64,000 nucleotides of DNA from Macrostomum lignano. Lineage: Eukaryota. The notes beneath the pieces are model-generated. The model was not told the origin of the DNA and did no database searches. It worked only from the letters and a program-made list of their open reading frames with translations. Numbering within the stretch: the stretch's first letter is position 1; the number at the start of each line of letters is the position of its first letter. Shown here in pieces: positions 1 through 18,880 of the stretch. Position numbers and translations under genes: made by a program. The DNA is taken from positions 248,001 through 312,000 of the forward strand of contig NIVC01000045.1 of NCBI GenBank assembly GCA_002269645.1, in the 5' to 3' direction.

Positions 1-3000
1 GCTTGAATGTCCTTCAAAATGGTGGTCCTTTTTGCTTTGCTTGAGTTCGGGACCGAGCAGTGTGGATGCGTTGAGTTTCTGAGGTGGGTTCTGCAAGTCC
101 CTGGCTGATTAGCATCTCAGTGAATCCCGATGATATTAACATATGCAAGACAGGGGGACAAAGAAAGACGGACAGCCGGGCCGGCGCGGTGAGCGCAGAT
201 GAGCAGCGGAAGTCGGAGCCGCTCTCCCAGCCTGCTGACTGCTGAGCCGAGGCCACCACTGAAGGCTGCTGCTGCGCGGCCTGCGCATGCTGCTGGCGTC
301 ATTGGGGGGGGGCTCTCCCATATATTTTCCTGCGAATACGACATCTCATGGGTAGACTAAACGTGTAGTGTAAAAATACATAATTGTCAGGGACGTTGAT
401 AACACTAATGATGGACAGTGGAGATAATTAAGCGACCAGAATTGACTGCTATGTCGAAATGGCCAGTGATGACGAATTCGAAGGGACCTACGAAGCCTTT
501 CTAGCTTTAAATATTATTATGTACTTCTATTACAATCCCATGCACAAAATTTAGTTTAATTTAGCGAAGTGGTGTTATGTATACACGTACTTGTTGTTTT
601 GTTGTTAAACGGGGGTAGGAGCTTATGCTACCCGCGGATCAGCCCTGTGAGAGGCTCTGCCGCTGAGGGGCACTTCTAGAGATACCCACTGGTAATTAGA
701 CCCTGACGTCGTAGGCCAGGGCTGGGTGTGAACTGCCAACCTAATCCAAACATATGGTACAAGACACCGCCAACCCAACAATGGAATCAGGGACGGTGCT
801 AAAACCGAGTCCACCCAGACCGCCCCGGCCCCAGCTGACAAGTCTTCGGGTGTGCGCGCGAAAAAAAGAGTTAGAAATGCTTAGTTCACTACTTAGAGTG
901 GTCCGAGAGCGGGGAAACCCCGAAGTCTACGGAAAAGGCTATAGTTAGAAATTTGGCTGGAAGGCTTGTTTCCGAGGGCGAGCAAGCTATGAGCACCAAG
1001 GGTATCACCTATCCAGCTTTAGCTTGGAGGCCAGGCCAAGGTCGGGAAGGGGCACAAGGCGCAAGAGGACCCGGACTCAGTCGGTATCCCCGATTCGGGA
1101 CGAACTCGTTCCCCAGGACGCCAATCCACTGTCAGGATGAGAGAGCCAGAGACACAGCAGAGGCGGGGAGACAACCAGAGGAGCCAGCAGCAGATGGAAC
1201 CGAGGATAAAGCAAGGTGGACCGGGCAGGGAGGGTACTTACTGTACAATGTGCATGTTGTTGTGTAGCCGAGTCTTGAGGTTTTCCAGTTGAGTTGAAAT
1301 GTAAAGTGCTAGTAGGTAGGTGCGGACATGTACAGTAGTTGCTTTATTTCTATTTTTGTTATTTAAGAAAAACTACATGATCGATATTTTAACTACACAA
1401 GAAAAACTGCACGATCGATAAATTCGATAAGCTCGATAAAAGAGCTAGAGATATCACGTGATTAACAATACATTATACAGATAATTTATCAACGACTCTA
1501 CTTACAGTGGCAGTATAAGTAACAGACAATAATGATATAATAATAGTTAGCATTTACGTTATAGTAGAAATATTAGCGTAACAGTTATCATAAGTTGGTT
1601 TGTCAAGTTACACGTACAACACATGTGGCGTACATGTGCATGTAGTATTATATGATCGACCCGCAAGCATGGTATAGCTACTATGGGCCTTTTTCATATT
1701 GCTTGTTCTGGTTCCAGAACCAGAACCAATTTGTGAAGTATAACTTTTTGTCTCCTTAACTGAGGGAGATACGTGCTATAAAGTTTTTATTATTGAATGA
1801 CAATCGCCAAGAAGAAAGTGAAAAATTGTGCTGAGGTTGTTAAGGCAGTCAAACATTCAACATAATAGTTATAATACTTTTTTTCTTGGAAGATCCGAAC
1901 CGATTCTGATTCTGGAATTGGTAACATGAAAAGCCTCTATGTCTACTTATACTTATATTTGTACCTTTAAAAGTGCAAATGAAGTGCATACAAAATGCAC
2001 AGCGCGAGTTATTACATCAGATAGCATAAATATAGTAAAAAAATGTTTTGCAAAAATTCAAAACAAACTGTTGAGTAAAACTTCATTCGCTTATTAGACG
2101 AGAAAATTCTAAAATATTATTTTGGAAAATGTTGTTTTACTTTCTTTTTTTCATAGAAAATGAGTAATTCCTGTTTCGTCAAGTTGCACACGCTCTAAAT
2201 ATGTTCATCTACTACTTGTTGGTTTTTACTTAGCATAAATATTGCCTTCTATTCTTGATTGAATTATTCTTAAATACACTGAAATATATTGGCCAAACAG
2301 GCTTCTTGCTTGAGCCAAACTTACTAATACTACTGCTCGCTCGCTCTCTATTTAAGTTGGTAGTCTGATAGCTCTCTCCAGCTTTTGGCAGTTAACGGCA
2401 ACGGTTGGCTGCAGAAAAATTCTAATACTGATTACATTAACATAGTCTGTCTATGATTCAGAGTTTTAGACCTTCATTCTTGTCATCTTGATTCCATCAA
2501 ATTGTACAATTTAGTCAGTGCAGTGTACTTCTCAGGTCACAGGCTCACGCCTCACAGTTCAATTTATAGGCCTAGATCTGCCCAATGCATAGGCCTAATA
2601 GCATATTGCTAGGCCTAATGCAATGCAATGTCAATATAGATAGAGTTGGGATAAGATAAACAGTTTTGAGATGGATAGTATAGTATTTGCTATTTGGATC
2701 CCAAGTGACTTTGCATTGTTTACTTGTTGCCAGGGTTTGCCAGGGTCTAGATAATTTAATATAGGCCTAAGAATCCTATTCCTAGGCTAGGGCTAGGGCT
2801 AGGACATTTATGACTTAGGAAAAATATATAATAGCATATTTTATGCATAATTTATATAGATTATACATTTTGGATAACCTATGCCATTGTGAGTAAAATT
2901 TTCTAATTAACTTTTATTATGCACTACTCTGTTTAAAAATTTCTACTAGGCCTAGGCTTTTGTTGTATGCTATGTGTGCCACTTCCCATATATTTTTGTT

Positions 3001-3393
3001 GATGTCATTGTCAAAGAATATGTGCTAGAATTTTTTACTATAATATATACCTTTATTGTAAGAATATAGTCCAAAATATATACTAAAGTACCTTTTATAG
3101 ACTGAATAGTATAGTGATAAACTAGTAAATAACATTATGCTTTAAACTTTTTGAAACTTTTTAGAGTTCTTAATGGATAAAACTTTGAAATGGTCTTAAT
3201 GGTTTGAATTTCTAGCTTCCAGATCTAGCATTGCTTTGAGTTCTTGTTTAATAAATTTTGCAAAAGATCTAGTCAATGTAGCTTTACTTCTATTGCTATT
3301 ATATAATACTATCTAACTTTTATGCATTATGAGGCAAGACAATAATAGGTAGTTTATAGGAGTAAAATGAACAAGGACAAGTTTCCTCTTAGC

Positions 3394-4420
<1,027 letters not shown>

Positions 4421-6008
4421 TTTTGAAGGCTTATTATTTTTATCTATCAAAATAGCAAATTAAATGACAATTCTTCTTAAAATAAAGAGATAAACAATCT
4501 AGATTTGAATGCAAAGGAGAAAAATCTTATTATGGATAGTGATATAGTATGAGTAAAGAATGGCAGAAGCAGTTCACAATGATAGGTTCTATGGCTAAAA
4601 CCCCAAAGCAGGGGACAGTGTTCTAAACACACTCTCGAGTAATGGGTTTTGACAATGTTAAAGCAGCACTATAATTTTACATAGCAGTGCTAACCATCTG
4701 GTTTTTCATTTAATAAATAGAAATATGCAATATGGAACTAGTTAATAGGATTTTGATCCTAATCTTATTTTTTTCCTAAAAAGTCCTAGGTCCTAATAAT
4801 AGTTTTAATCTTTTCCCCACTTAAAAATGATTCTATCTAATAATCAATAATTAAACGATTAGAAATAAAAATATTCAATAAAATATATGATATGACATTA
4901 AAGTCATGAACTGAATTTTGTTTAAATAAGTATGAATTCTAGTAAATATATTTGTAGAATAGTCTAAGTTGTTTTATTAATATAACTTATAAGATAAATT
5001 GAGAGCAATAGCTTTAAAATATATTAAATTTCACTAATGCCAATGGACTACATCAGTACATGGCTGAGTAAGTGGAGAGACTTAAGGGATAAGGCAAGGC
5101 TAGCAAAATGATTTGCCACACTGAATTGTACAGAGTATGCATTTGTTTACTAAGCATATAGAACATGCTGATCCCAAAGGCAAGATGCAAATTAAATGAA
5201 GTTTAGTGATTAGGTTGACTAAATAAAGTTTAATTAAATAAAGTTAAACAAACAAATCCCATGTGTGCAATTACTTTGCTCACAAACCAACCAATGAACT
5301 ATCACTTCAATGTGATCAAAACCTCAAGAATTTGAAGATCTTTCATTTTTCATTAAATAAATAAATGTTTGAGACTAAAATGCCTTGTCCTAGCATTTGC
5401 ATTGTTTTTTTATGTTTTGTCTATAATTTAAACTACTTTGTCTTTATTAATCACACATGCATAACTTCTAGCTAACACAACCATTTCAATTATAAATTAT
5501 GAAGTTAATGACAAAAAAGAGGGGAAAAGAAAAGAATAGCGCAAGGAATCCAAAATAGAAAAGCTAACAAACAAAAAGCTAAATGTAAAAATTCAAACAA
5601 AGTAAGTTCTTAAAAGGAGAAACTAGCCACAATTTTAGTCAAAACACAAGTCATATCCAGTGTTATTTCTTTGGTTATGCTTGTAGGTTATCAATTAAAC
5701 TTTGTTTTTTATCCTTAACCAAAAACTTACATGACTAATTTTTATAAATCAGCACTAATTTTAATTTCCATGGCCATAAATTATAGCAAAACATAAAAAA
5801 ATTAAACAAGACTATATATTCTATAGTCACACATTAATATTTGTTGTTAATAATAGTACTTATAAGCATTAATAAGTACCCATTTTAACATACAGTTAGT
5901 TGCAAATAATATAGCCACAATCATTAGTATGTTAATAATAAATATCTTAATTCTCTAATTCTAATGCATGTTATTTTTTGGCACAAAATAAAAAACAAAC
6001 AAATTTCA

Positions 6009-8924
<2,916 letters not shown>

Positions 8925-9499
8925 CATCAGTGCATTTATCCTTTCTTTCATGATTCACGTTTTGCTGAGATTGCTTTCTGTCGGTCTGTCTGTCTGTGTC
9001 AGCCTGTTTGTCTGTCTTTGTCTGTCTTCATGTTTCGCTTCATACTACTTAATTGCTCTGTACGATTGTAAGTAGTATCTAAAATCAATTTGGAAATTGC
9101 AAATTTATTAATAACCTACAAATCATATAGATATATAATTTTTGTTACTTAATTACCTATGATCGCAACTGGCTACTATGTCACTGTCTACTTGAAGTAG
9201 TTAAGTTAGCTTTCTTGATGCATTTTTATTCAGACAATTGTTAACAATCTGCTTGGTTTCATGTAATCGTGTGTAATATTTGTGTAATTAAATTACGATT
9301 TAAATAAAAGTGCATCTTCTCAGTTGTTTTACGAAGCAGTCAGTTTGTAGGAAAATAAATTTTTGTTTGATTTACTTCCTTTTTCTTCTAGTAAGCCGAT
9401 ATTTTTATCTCATTTTATCAACTTTTTATGATGCTATTTCTATTTCATAAAGTAATCCCTGGAATTATCGTTCTTTCAAGTTCATAATTTAATTTGTCT

Positions 9500-12421
9500 A
9501 ATTATCGTATTCTTCCCAATTCATAATTCAATCAATCTAATTATCTTATTCTTCCCTATTCATAATTTATAATCCACCTAATTATAATATTCTTCCCAAT
9601 TCATAATCCACCTAATTATCATATTCTCCCCAATTCATAATCCACCTAATTATCATATTCTCCCCGATTCATAATCCACCTAATTATCATACTCTTCCCA
9701 ATTCATAATCCACCTAATTATCATACTCTTCCCAATTCATCCTTCAATTTATCTAATTATCATATTCTTCCCAATTCATAATCCATCTAATTATCATACT
9801 CTTCCCAATTCATCCTTCAATTTATCTAATTATCATATTCTTCCCAATTCATAATCCATCTAATTATCATACTCTTCCCAATTCATCCTTCAATTTATCT
9901 AATTATCATATTCTTCCCAATTCATAATCCATCTAATTATCATACTCATCCCAATTCATCCTTCAATTTATCTAATTATCATATTCTTCCCAATTCATAA
10001 TCCATCTAATTATCATACTCATCCCAATTCATCTTTCAATTTATCTAATTATCATATTCTTCCCAATTCATAATCCATCTAATTATCATACTCTTCCCAA
10101 TTCATCCTTCAATTTATCTAATTATCATATTCTTCCCAATTCATAATCCATCTAATTATCATACTCTTCCCAATTCATCCTTCAATTTATCTAATTATCA
10201 TATTCTTCCCAATTCATAATCCATCTAATTATCATACTCATCCCAATTCATCTTTCAATTTATCTAATTATCATATTCTTCCCTATTTATAGTTTTATCC
10301 ATCCAGTTATCATATTCCTCACAAATCATAATTCATAATCTGATTATCATTTTCTTCGTAATTAATAATTCAATCTATATAATTATCATATTCTTCCCAA
10401 TTCATAATCCATCTAATTATCATACTCTTCCCAATTCATCCTTCAATTTATCTAATTATCATATTCTTCTCAATTCATAATCCATCTAATTATCATACTC
10501 TTCCCAATTCATCCTTCAATTTATCTAATTATCATATTCTTCCCAATTCATAATCCATCTAATTATCATACTCTTCCCAATTCATCCTTCAATTTATCTA
10601 ATTATCATATTCTTCCCAATTCATAATCCATCTAATTATCATACTCTTCCCAATTCATCCTTCAATTTATCTAATTATCATATTCTTCCCAATTCATAAT
10701 CCATCTAATTATCATACTCTTCCCAATTCATCCTTCAATTTATCTAATTATCATATTCTTCCCAATTCATAATCCATCTAATTATCATACTCTTCCCAAT
10801 TCATCCTTCAATTTATCTAATTATCATATTCTTCCCAATTCATAATCCATCTAATTATCATACTCTTCCCAATTCATCCTTCAATTTATCTAATTATCAT
10901 ATTCTTCCCAATTCATAATCCATCTAATTATCATACTCATCCCAATTCATCTTTCAATTTATCTAATTATCATATTCTTCCCAATTCATAATCCATCTAA
11001 TTATCATACTCTTCCCAATTCATCCTTCAATTTATCTAATTATCATATTCTTCCCAATTCATAATCCATCTAATTATCATACTCTTCCCAATTCATCCTT
11101 CAATTTATCTAATTATCATATTCTTCCCAATTCATAATCCATCTAATTATCATACTCATCCCAATTCATCTTTCAATTTATCTAATTATCATATTCTTCC
11201 CAATTCATAATCCATCTAATTATCATACTCATCCCAATTCATCTTTCAATTTATCTAATTATCATATTCTTCCCTATTTATAGTTTTATCCATCCAGTTA
11301 TCATATTCCTCACAAATCATAATTCATAATCTGATTATCATTTTCTTCGTAATTAATAATTCAATCTATATAATTATCATATTCTTCCCAATTCATAATC
11401 CATCTAATTATCATACTCTTCCCAATTCATCTTTCAATTTATCTAATTATCATATTCTTCCCAATTCATAATCCATCTAATTATCATACTCATCCCAATT
11501 CATCTTTCAATTTATCTAATTATCATATTCTTCCCAATTCATAATCCATCTAATTATCATACTCTTCCCAATTCATCTTTCAATTTATCTAATTATCATA
11601 TTCTTCCCAATTCATAATCCATCTAATTATCATACTCTTCCCAATTCATCTTTCAATTTATCTAATTATCATATTCTTCCCAATTCATAATCCATCTAAT
11701 TATCATACTCTTCCCAATTCATCTTTCAATTTATCTAATTATCATATTCTTCCCAATTCATAATCCATCTAATTATCATACTCATCCCAATTCATCTTTC
11801 AATTTATCTAATTATCATATTCTTCCCAATTTATAGTTTTATCCATCCAGTTATCATATTCCTCACAAATCATAATTCATAATCTGATTATCATTTTCTT
11901 CGTAATTAATAATTCAATCTATATAATTATCATATTCTTCCCAATTCATAATCCATCTAATTATCATACTCTTCCCAATTCATCTTTCAATTTATCTAAT
12001 TATCATATTCTTCCCAATTCATAATCCATCTAATTATCATACTCATCCCAATTCATCTTTCAATTTATCTAATTATCATATTCTTCCCAATTCATAATCC
12101 ATCTAATTATCATACTCTTCCCAATTCATCTTTCAATTTATCTAATTATCATATTCTTCCCAATTCATAATCCATCTAATTATCATACTCTTCCCAATTC
12201 ATCTTTCAATTTATCTAATTATCATATTCTTCCCAATTCATAATCCATCTAATTATCATACTCATCCCAATTCATCTTTCAATTTATCTAATTATCATAT
12301 TCTTCCCTATTTATAGTTTTATCCATCCAGTTATCATATTCCTCACAAATCATAATTCATAATCTGATTATCATTTTCTTCGTAATTAATAATTCAATCT
12401 ATATAATTATCATATTCTTCC
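9500..12421. repeat. 73-bp (34+39) AT-rich satellite with recurring ~110-bp interruptions
   Basis: Period of 73 (ATCCATC at 9781 and 9854). The same interrupting block TTTATAGTTTTATCCATCCAG... recurs near 10285, 11276, 11831 and 12309. Confidence 0.95.
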
Positions 12422-12655
12422 CAGATTATTATTCCCAAAGTTAACAATCCAATAATCCCAAGAATAACAATAATGAAAATAATAATCCCAATAAAAATCT
12501 TCCCAATAGTTTAATCCTCTAATTATCATATTATTCCTAATTCATATTTTACCCCTAAAATCACCTTACTTTTTTTCTTAGATTATCATAAAATTAGCTT
12601 CATTAATTAACAAAGACCAATGAAAAAATGATTTTCACTTCATGCCTGACCGTGT

Positions 12656-15600
12656 ATGGACTTCCGCTTCTCCAACCTACTGGGCACAGTCTACCGCAGA
12701 GGCAATGTCTGCTTCACAGAAGACGGATTTCAACTTATCAGTCCTGTGGGAAACCGCGTGACAGTATTCGATCTGAGGCATGACCGGTCTCACACACTGC
12801 AGCTGGAGGCCTCATACGATATCGAGCACATTGCTCTGTCCCCAGACAATGCTCTGTTATTAGCTGTCGATTGCAAAGGCGAAGCTCACCTAGTTGCCAT
12901 GGCAACCGGAGCAGCTATTGCTCGTCAGAAATTGCCATCAAGAGTCAGCGCGTTGGCTTACTCACCAGATGGTGACTATTTTGCTATGGCTCGAGACAAC
13001 CGGGTGCACGTGTACCATGGACCTGGGCTGGAGCGGTACTTCAATCAGTTCAAGTTGTATCGCAGTTACTATGGCAACCGAGATGAGGTCACGAGCATAG
13101 CGTGGAGCTCCGATTCTAAAGCGTTTGTGTGCGCTTGCAGGGACCTGCAGGTTCGTTGGAGTTGGATCTGTCATTAGATACCCTCAGGGTGTCCCATTAG
13201 ATACCCTCAGTGTCTCCCATTAGATACCTTCAGTGTCTCCCATTAGATACCTTCAGTGTCTCCCATTAGATACCCTCAGTGTCTCCCATTAGATACCCTC
13301 AGTGTCTTCCATTAGATACCCTCAGTGTCTCCCATCAGATACCCTCAGTGTCTCACATTAGGTACCCTCATAGTGTCCCATTAGATACCCTCAGTGTCTC
13401 CCATTAGATACCCTCAGTGTCTCCCATTAGATACCCTCGGTGTCTCCCATTAGATACCTTCAGTGTCTCCCATTAGATACCTTCAGTGTCTCCCATTAGA
13501 TACCCTCAGGATTTCCCATTAGATATCTTTAGAATGTCCTATTGGATACCCTCAGTGTCTGCCATAATTTAGATTTCCTCATAATGTAAGAATCTCACCT
13601 TAGATTTCCATCAGACTGTGAGAATCTCACCTTAGATTCCCATCAGGCTGTGAGAATCTCGCCTTAGATTCCCCTTCAGACTGTAAGAATCTCACCTTAG
13701 CTTCCCATCAGACTGTAAGAATCTCATCTAGATTCCCATCAGACTGTAAGAATCTCACCTTAGATTCCCATCAGACTGTAAGAATCTCATCTAGATTCCC
13801 ATCAGACTGTAAGAATCTCACCTTAGATTCCCATTAGACTCTAAAAATCTCACCTTAGATTCCCATCAGACTCCCAGAAGAATCTCACCTTAGATTCCCA
13901 TTAGACTTTAAAAATCTCACCTTAGATTCCTCTAAGACCCTCTTCATGAGCAGAGGTCCCCAAACGCCATGCATTTCAGGTTCGGGTGTTCTCTCTGCAC
14001 AAGACCGCCCGCCTGCCAGGCTGCTACAGTCTCGGCGGTTTCACTGAGGACATTGTCGGCGTGGCATTCCTGCCAGATTCGTTGAACCTGTTTGCCGTGT
14101 CAAGCGCCGGTTTCGTGATGCTGTGGCAGTGCGACACGGAGCTGTCTGACTTGTTGATTAAACAGCAGCAGCAGCCTCAGCTCACTGACGGCACTGGTGA
14201 TGACAACGATGACTCACCATCTGACAGCGAAGATTGCGATTTGAAAGAAACAAAAAACGAAGAGAATAAACCGGAATTAGAGAAGATTTTTATTAATAAG
14301 CTGCGATATTTGAAGCCGAAAAAGATGCGGCTAAGAGAGGATGCTGAGGATAGCAAACGGGTTAGCGCTGTTATTGGTTGTTTGGCTTTTTGTCCCGGCT
14401 CCAAGCAGTTGGTGTGCGGCACCGAGGATGGCCGAGTGATGCTCTATGCTGTTGACAACTGCGCCCTGCTGCTGTCGCTACAGGTAAGATTCTTCTTAGG
14501 GACGGATTAGAAAATATGGAAGGGAAAAGCGGTAAGATCAAAAGGACAGATAAAAAGCGGCGAGATTAAAGAGACAAAACAGAGAAGCGGCGTGATCAAA
14601 GGGATAGATAGAGAAGCGGTGAGATCAAAAGGATAGATGGAAAAGCGGCGAGTTCAAAGGGACAGATAAGGAAGCGGGGAGATCAAATTGACAAAAAAAG
14701 AGAAGCGGCAAGATCGAGAGACAAATTAAAAGAGCGGCGAGATCAAAAGGACAGATAGAAGCGGCGAGTTCAAAGGGACAGATAGGAAAAGTGGTGAGAT
14801 CAAAGGAATAGATAGAGAAGCAGTGAGGTCAAAGGGACAGATAGAGAAGCGGCAAGATCAAAGGGCGAAATAGAGAAGCGTTGAGATCAGAGAGATAAAT
14901 GGATAGAGCGGCAAGATCAAAGGAACAAATAGAGAGGTTGTGAGATTAAAGAGACAGATGAAGAAGCAGCAAGATCAAATTGAGAAAATAGAAAAGCGGC
15001 GGCGAGATCAAAGGAGCAGATAGGAGAATCGGCGAGATCAAAGGGACAGATAGGACAATCGGCGAGATCAAATGGAGAAAAAAGAGAAGCGGCGAGATCA
15101 AAGGGACAGATATGAGAAGCGGCGAGATTAATGGGACAGATATACGCGGCAAGATCAAAGGATTAGGGCGTCTTTACTATCAGGGCATCCCTACCGACGC
15201 CTCCTTTCAAACAGGTATGCGACTCCCAGGTGGACTCGGTGTCAATCTCGCCAGACGGTCTGTGGATCGCAGCCGCAGGCGCCGCCCACGGTCAGCTGCT
15301 GGTGTGGGACTGGCGGGCCTCAGCCTATGTGATGCGGCAGGCTGGCAGCTTCAACTGCCTCCGCTGTGCCGCTTTCTCACCGGATGGTGGCCAGCTGGTG
15401 TGCGGCTACAGCGACGGCCGAGTCCGGTTGTGGAGCTCTCAGTCTAGCCTGTCATTCGCCACCCTGACTGAGCACACCAGCTGCATCACCGGGGTGAGGT
15501 TCTGCGGCAAACGAGTCGTGATTGCCAGTTCAGCTGATGGCTCGATTCGAGCCTGGGACCTCGGTCGGTATAGAAATTTTCGTACGCTGGTATCGCCTAC

Positions 15601-18036
15601 TCCGCTACAGTTGAGCTGCTTGGATGCGGATCCCTCTGGGGATCTGATTGCTGCTGGCTGTCTAGATGAGTTCCATCTGTTGATTTGGTCGCTGAAGACT
15701 GGGAGGCTGCTGGTGACCCTCACTGGCCATACAGCGCCTGTGTCTTGCGTAGCCTTCAGGTGAGTTGAAGTTTCTTAATCTGCTGTTATAGAGTCAGACC
15801 TATTAAAATACCCTGTAGAATTGCCCTATTTAATTACCCTGTAGAATTGCCCCTATTTAATTACCCTGTAGAATTGCCCTATTTAATTACCCTGTAGAAT
15901 TACCCCTATTTAATTACCCTGTAGAATTGCCCCTATTTAATTACCCTGTAGAATTGCCCTATTTAATTACCCTGTAGAATTGCCCTATTTAATTACCCTG
16001 TAGAATTGCCCTATTTAATTACCCTGTAGAATTGCCCTATTTAATTACCCTGTAGAATTACCCCTATTTAATTACCCTGTAGAATTGCCCTATTTAATTA
16101 CCCTGTAGAATTGCCCTATTTAATTACCCTGTAGAATTGCCCTATTTAATTACCCTGTAGAATTGCCCTATTTAATTACCCTGTAGAATTGCCCTATTTA
16201 ATTACCCTGTAGAATTGCCCCTATTTAATTACCCTGTAGAATTGCCCTATTTAATTACCCTGTAGAATTGCCCCTATTTAATTACCCTGTAGAATTGCCC
16301 TATTTAATTACCCTGTAGAATTGCCCTATTTAATTACCCTGTAGAATTGCCCCTATTTAATTACCCTGTAGAATTGCCCTATTTAATTACCCTGTAGAAT
16401 TGCCCCTATTTAATTACCCTGTAGAATTACCCCTATTTAATTACCCTGTAGAATTGCCCTATTTAATTACCCTGTAGAATTGCCCCTATTTAATTACCCT
16501 GTAGAATTGCCCCTATTTAATTACCTGTCGTCGTCCCTATTTACCTGTAGAATCGCCCTAATTACCTGTAGAATCTCCTTATTTACCTGTAGAATCTCCC
16601 TATTTACCTGTAGAATCTCCCTATTTACCTGTAGAATCTCCCTATTTACCTGTAGAATCGCCCTATTCACCTGTAGAATTGTCCCTGTTTACCTGTAGAA
16701 TCGCCCTATCACCCTAATAGAATCACCTGTAGCCCCACCCACCCTCCTGTCACCAACCAGGCCGGGTCCCGGCTCCACAATCCTGGCCAGCGGTTCCTGG
16801 GACAGCACAGTCCGTCTCTGGGACGTTCTCGGCTCTGACCAGCAGCCCGAGGTCATCCAGTGCGGTCACGACGTTCTCTCACTTGCCTGGCGACCGGACG
16901 GTCAGCAACTATCCGTTGCCATTAACAACGGCACCATCCTGGTGATGGACGCGGTGCCATCTGGCAGCGGCACCGACGCCCCCGAGTTCCAATCCACTCG
17001 CACCATCGACTGTCGTCAAGACCTCGGCTACGACAAACCCGACGGTGCCCTGATCAGCGGCCGACGGCTGGCCGAAGCTGGCGGCGGTTTTAACTCGCTG
17101 TCGTACAGTCCGACAGGTCAACTACTGCTAGCTGGTGGCCTCTCCAAGCACATCTGTCTGTACTCGCCTAGCGATCAGCTGTTGTTGCGCAAATTCCCTG
17201 TCACAGCAAATCGCAGTCTGAAAGCTGTAGCGTTGGAGAAGCGAGCAGCTAAACTGGTTCGAGATCTGGGTGTCCGGGCTGGGTCCAATGCCGGCGGTAC
17301 TGAGGTCAACTTTGAGGATGACGCTGTCGACTCGTCGGATGCCAGAGTGTCGGTGACTGGAGTGTCGTTTAGTCCAGCTGGGGACATGTTCCTGGCAGCC
17401 TGTACTGAAGGTGTACTGCTGTACTGCTCACCTGGATCGCGTCACCTGCTGCCGTCGGAGTCTCTGGTAGCCAGCTGCCGACGACTGACTCTTCGCGATA
17501 CGCCGCAAACTGTCGTGGAGTCGATTCAAGCTGGTCGATTTGGCGACGCATTGGACGTCGCTTTGCGTATCAACCAGCCGGGTTTGGTCAGGCAGTGCCT
17601 TGAGGCTACGCCTACTAGCGGGGAGAATCGCAATCTGGTTGACCTTCTTTGTTCCCAGCTGCCGTTGGACACCTGTAGAGACGTGCTGGCACCTCACGTA
17701 GCCGATTGGCTGGCGGATAGCAACCGGTTGGAGCACTGCATGGCCTGGGCCAGAGCGGTTGCTAGGGTGTGCTGTTTGGGCCAGTCTAACACGGCCAGAC
17801 AGCGCAGGGATCCGTGTCCCGGTCTGACTCGGCTACAGCGGGCAGTTGGCGATAGGCGCAGTCAGTTGGAACGAATCTGCTCGGGAAATATGCACACGCT
17901 GGACTATCTGTGCCATCTGGCTGGCGGGCTTGGCGATACCAAGAGTAGTAAAGCTGGCGATGCTCTGCAGGGCACTGATGATGGAGAACTGCCAGCTCAA
18001 TCTGCTGACTTGGAGCCAATGGAGACCATGGAGTGA
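12656..18036 (+). CDS. PWP2: PWP2/UTP1 WD40 protein of the SSU processome (~939 aa); exons 12656-13150, 13980-14483, 15215-15759, 16761-18036
   Basis: N-terminus FRFSNLLGTVYRRGN..ISPVGNRVTVFDL is the PWP2 signature, followed by WD repeats (GQLLVWDW, DGRVRLWS, DGSIRAWDL..YRNFRT, SGSWDSTVRLWD). Junction phases 0, 0, 2 are consistent. Confidence 0.96.
13172..13935. repeat. Two minisatellites in PWP2 intron 1 (23-bp CCCATTAGATACCCTCAGTGTCT; 32-bp AGAATCTCACCTTAGATTCCCATCAGACTGTA)
   Basis: Directly visible tandem units. Confidence 0.93.
14520..15150. repeat. Degenerate ~30-bp purine-rich minisatellite (AAGCGGCGAGATCAAAGGGACAGATAG), PWP2 intron 2
   Basis: Directly visible. Confidence 0.88.
15808..16725. 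repeat. 26-27 bp (AATTACCCTGTAGAATTGCCCTATTT) grading into 21-bp minisatellite, PWP2 intron 3
   Basis: Directly visible. Confidence 0.95.
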
Positions 18037-18065
18037 TAGGGCACCATTTAACCTAAGTTTTTTTC

Positions 18066-18282
18066 AGCCGATATGTATCGAAAATATCAAAATAAAGCAT
18101 AAATAACTAAAGAGGCCGATATGTATCGAACATTTTAAAATAAAGCAGTAAATAACTAAAAAAGGCCGATATGTATCGAAAATTTTAAAATAAAGCAGTA
18201 AATAACTAAAAAAAGGCCGATATATATAGAAAATATCAAAGAGAAGCTTTAAATAATAAAAAACGCCGATATGTATCGAAAG
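18066..18282. repeat. ~48-bp tandem repeat with CCGATATGTATCGAA core, downstream of PWP2 stop
   Basis: About 5 visible, partly degenerate copies. Confidence 0.85.
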
Positions 18283-18880
18283 TTTCAAAATAACTAAAGT
18301 AGACCGGTAAGTATCGATAGCTTAAAAAAGATGGTCTTTTTCGTGCTAAAATTGCATTCTTCAAACTTTTATCATCTGTTCCTTTGTTACTAATGCATTT
18401 TGTTTCATTTGTTGTTGCGCAAACTATCTGTTGTGGTTCATTGGTTCTCAGCATCAAATTATGAATTATGAGTCTGAGTTCCTGCCTTCAACGCAGCGGC
18501 ACGAAAGTACAGTGAAAAAAAATGGCGATTTTATTAAACAATAGCAAATGCATTTTTATTGGATCGATTTGGAATCGGTGCGCTTTTTTGTCTTTTTTCT
18601 TTTGAATGTTTCGGTTGCAGTGTTCGCCTCACCTACTTAAAGTAGGCTTCAATTTATAGTTTTTTTCGATTATAGATTTAAATCCTTAGTACTCATAAAA
18701 AGTTAACTCTAATGCGATAATTGTTTAGTGTATCATGTTTTCATAATTTACACAGTCAACAATCTAAAAGTTTAGAAGTTTAAAGTTAAACACGGTTTTA
18801 CCGATATGTATCGAAAGTACACTTTACAATCCCAGTCTGGTATGAATTAAAAAAATTGAATTTTCGCCAATTCATGCGCA

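Noticed and set aside
14-344. Possible 5' exons of a minus-strand gene leaving the window
   Set aside because: The sequence is GC-rich and exon-like, but I found no recognisable domain and could not fix the frame or splice sites.
1100-1125. tRNA primer-binding-site-like TGGCGTCCTGGG on the minus strand
   Set aside because: It is not adjacent to a recognisable LTR end and no gag/pol follows.
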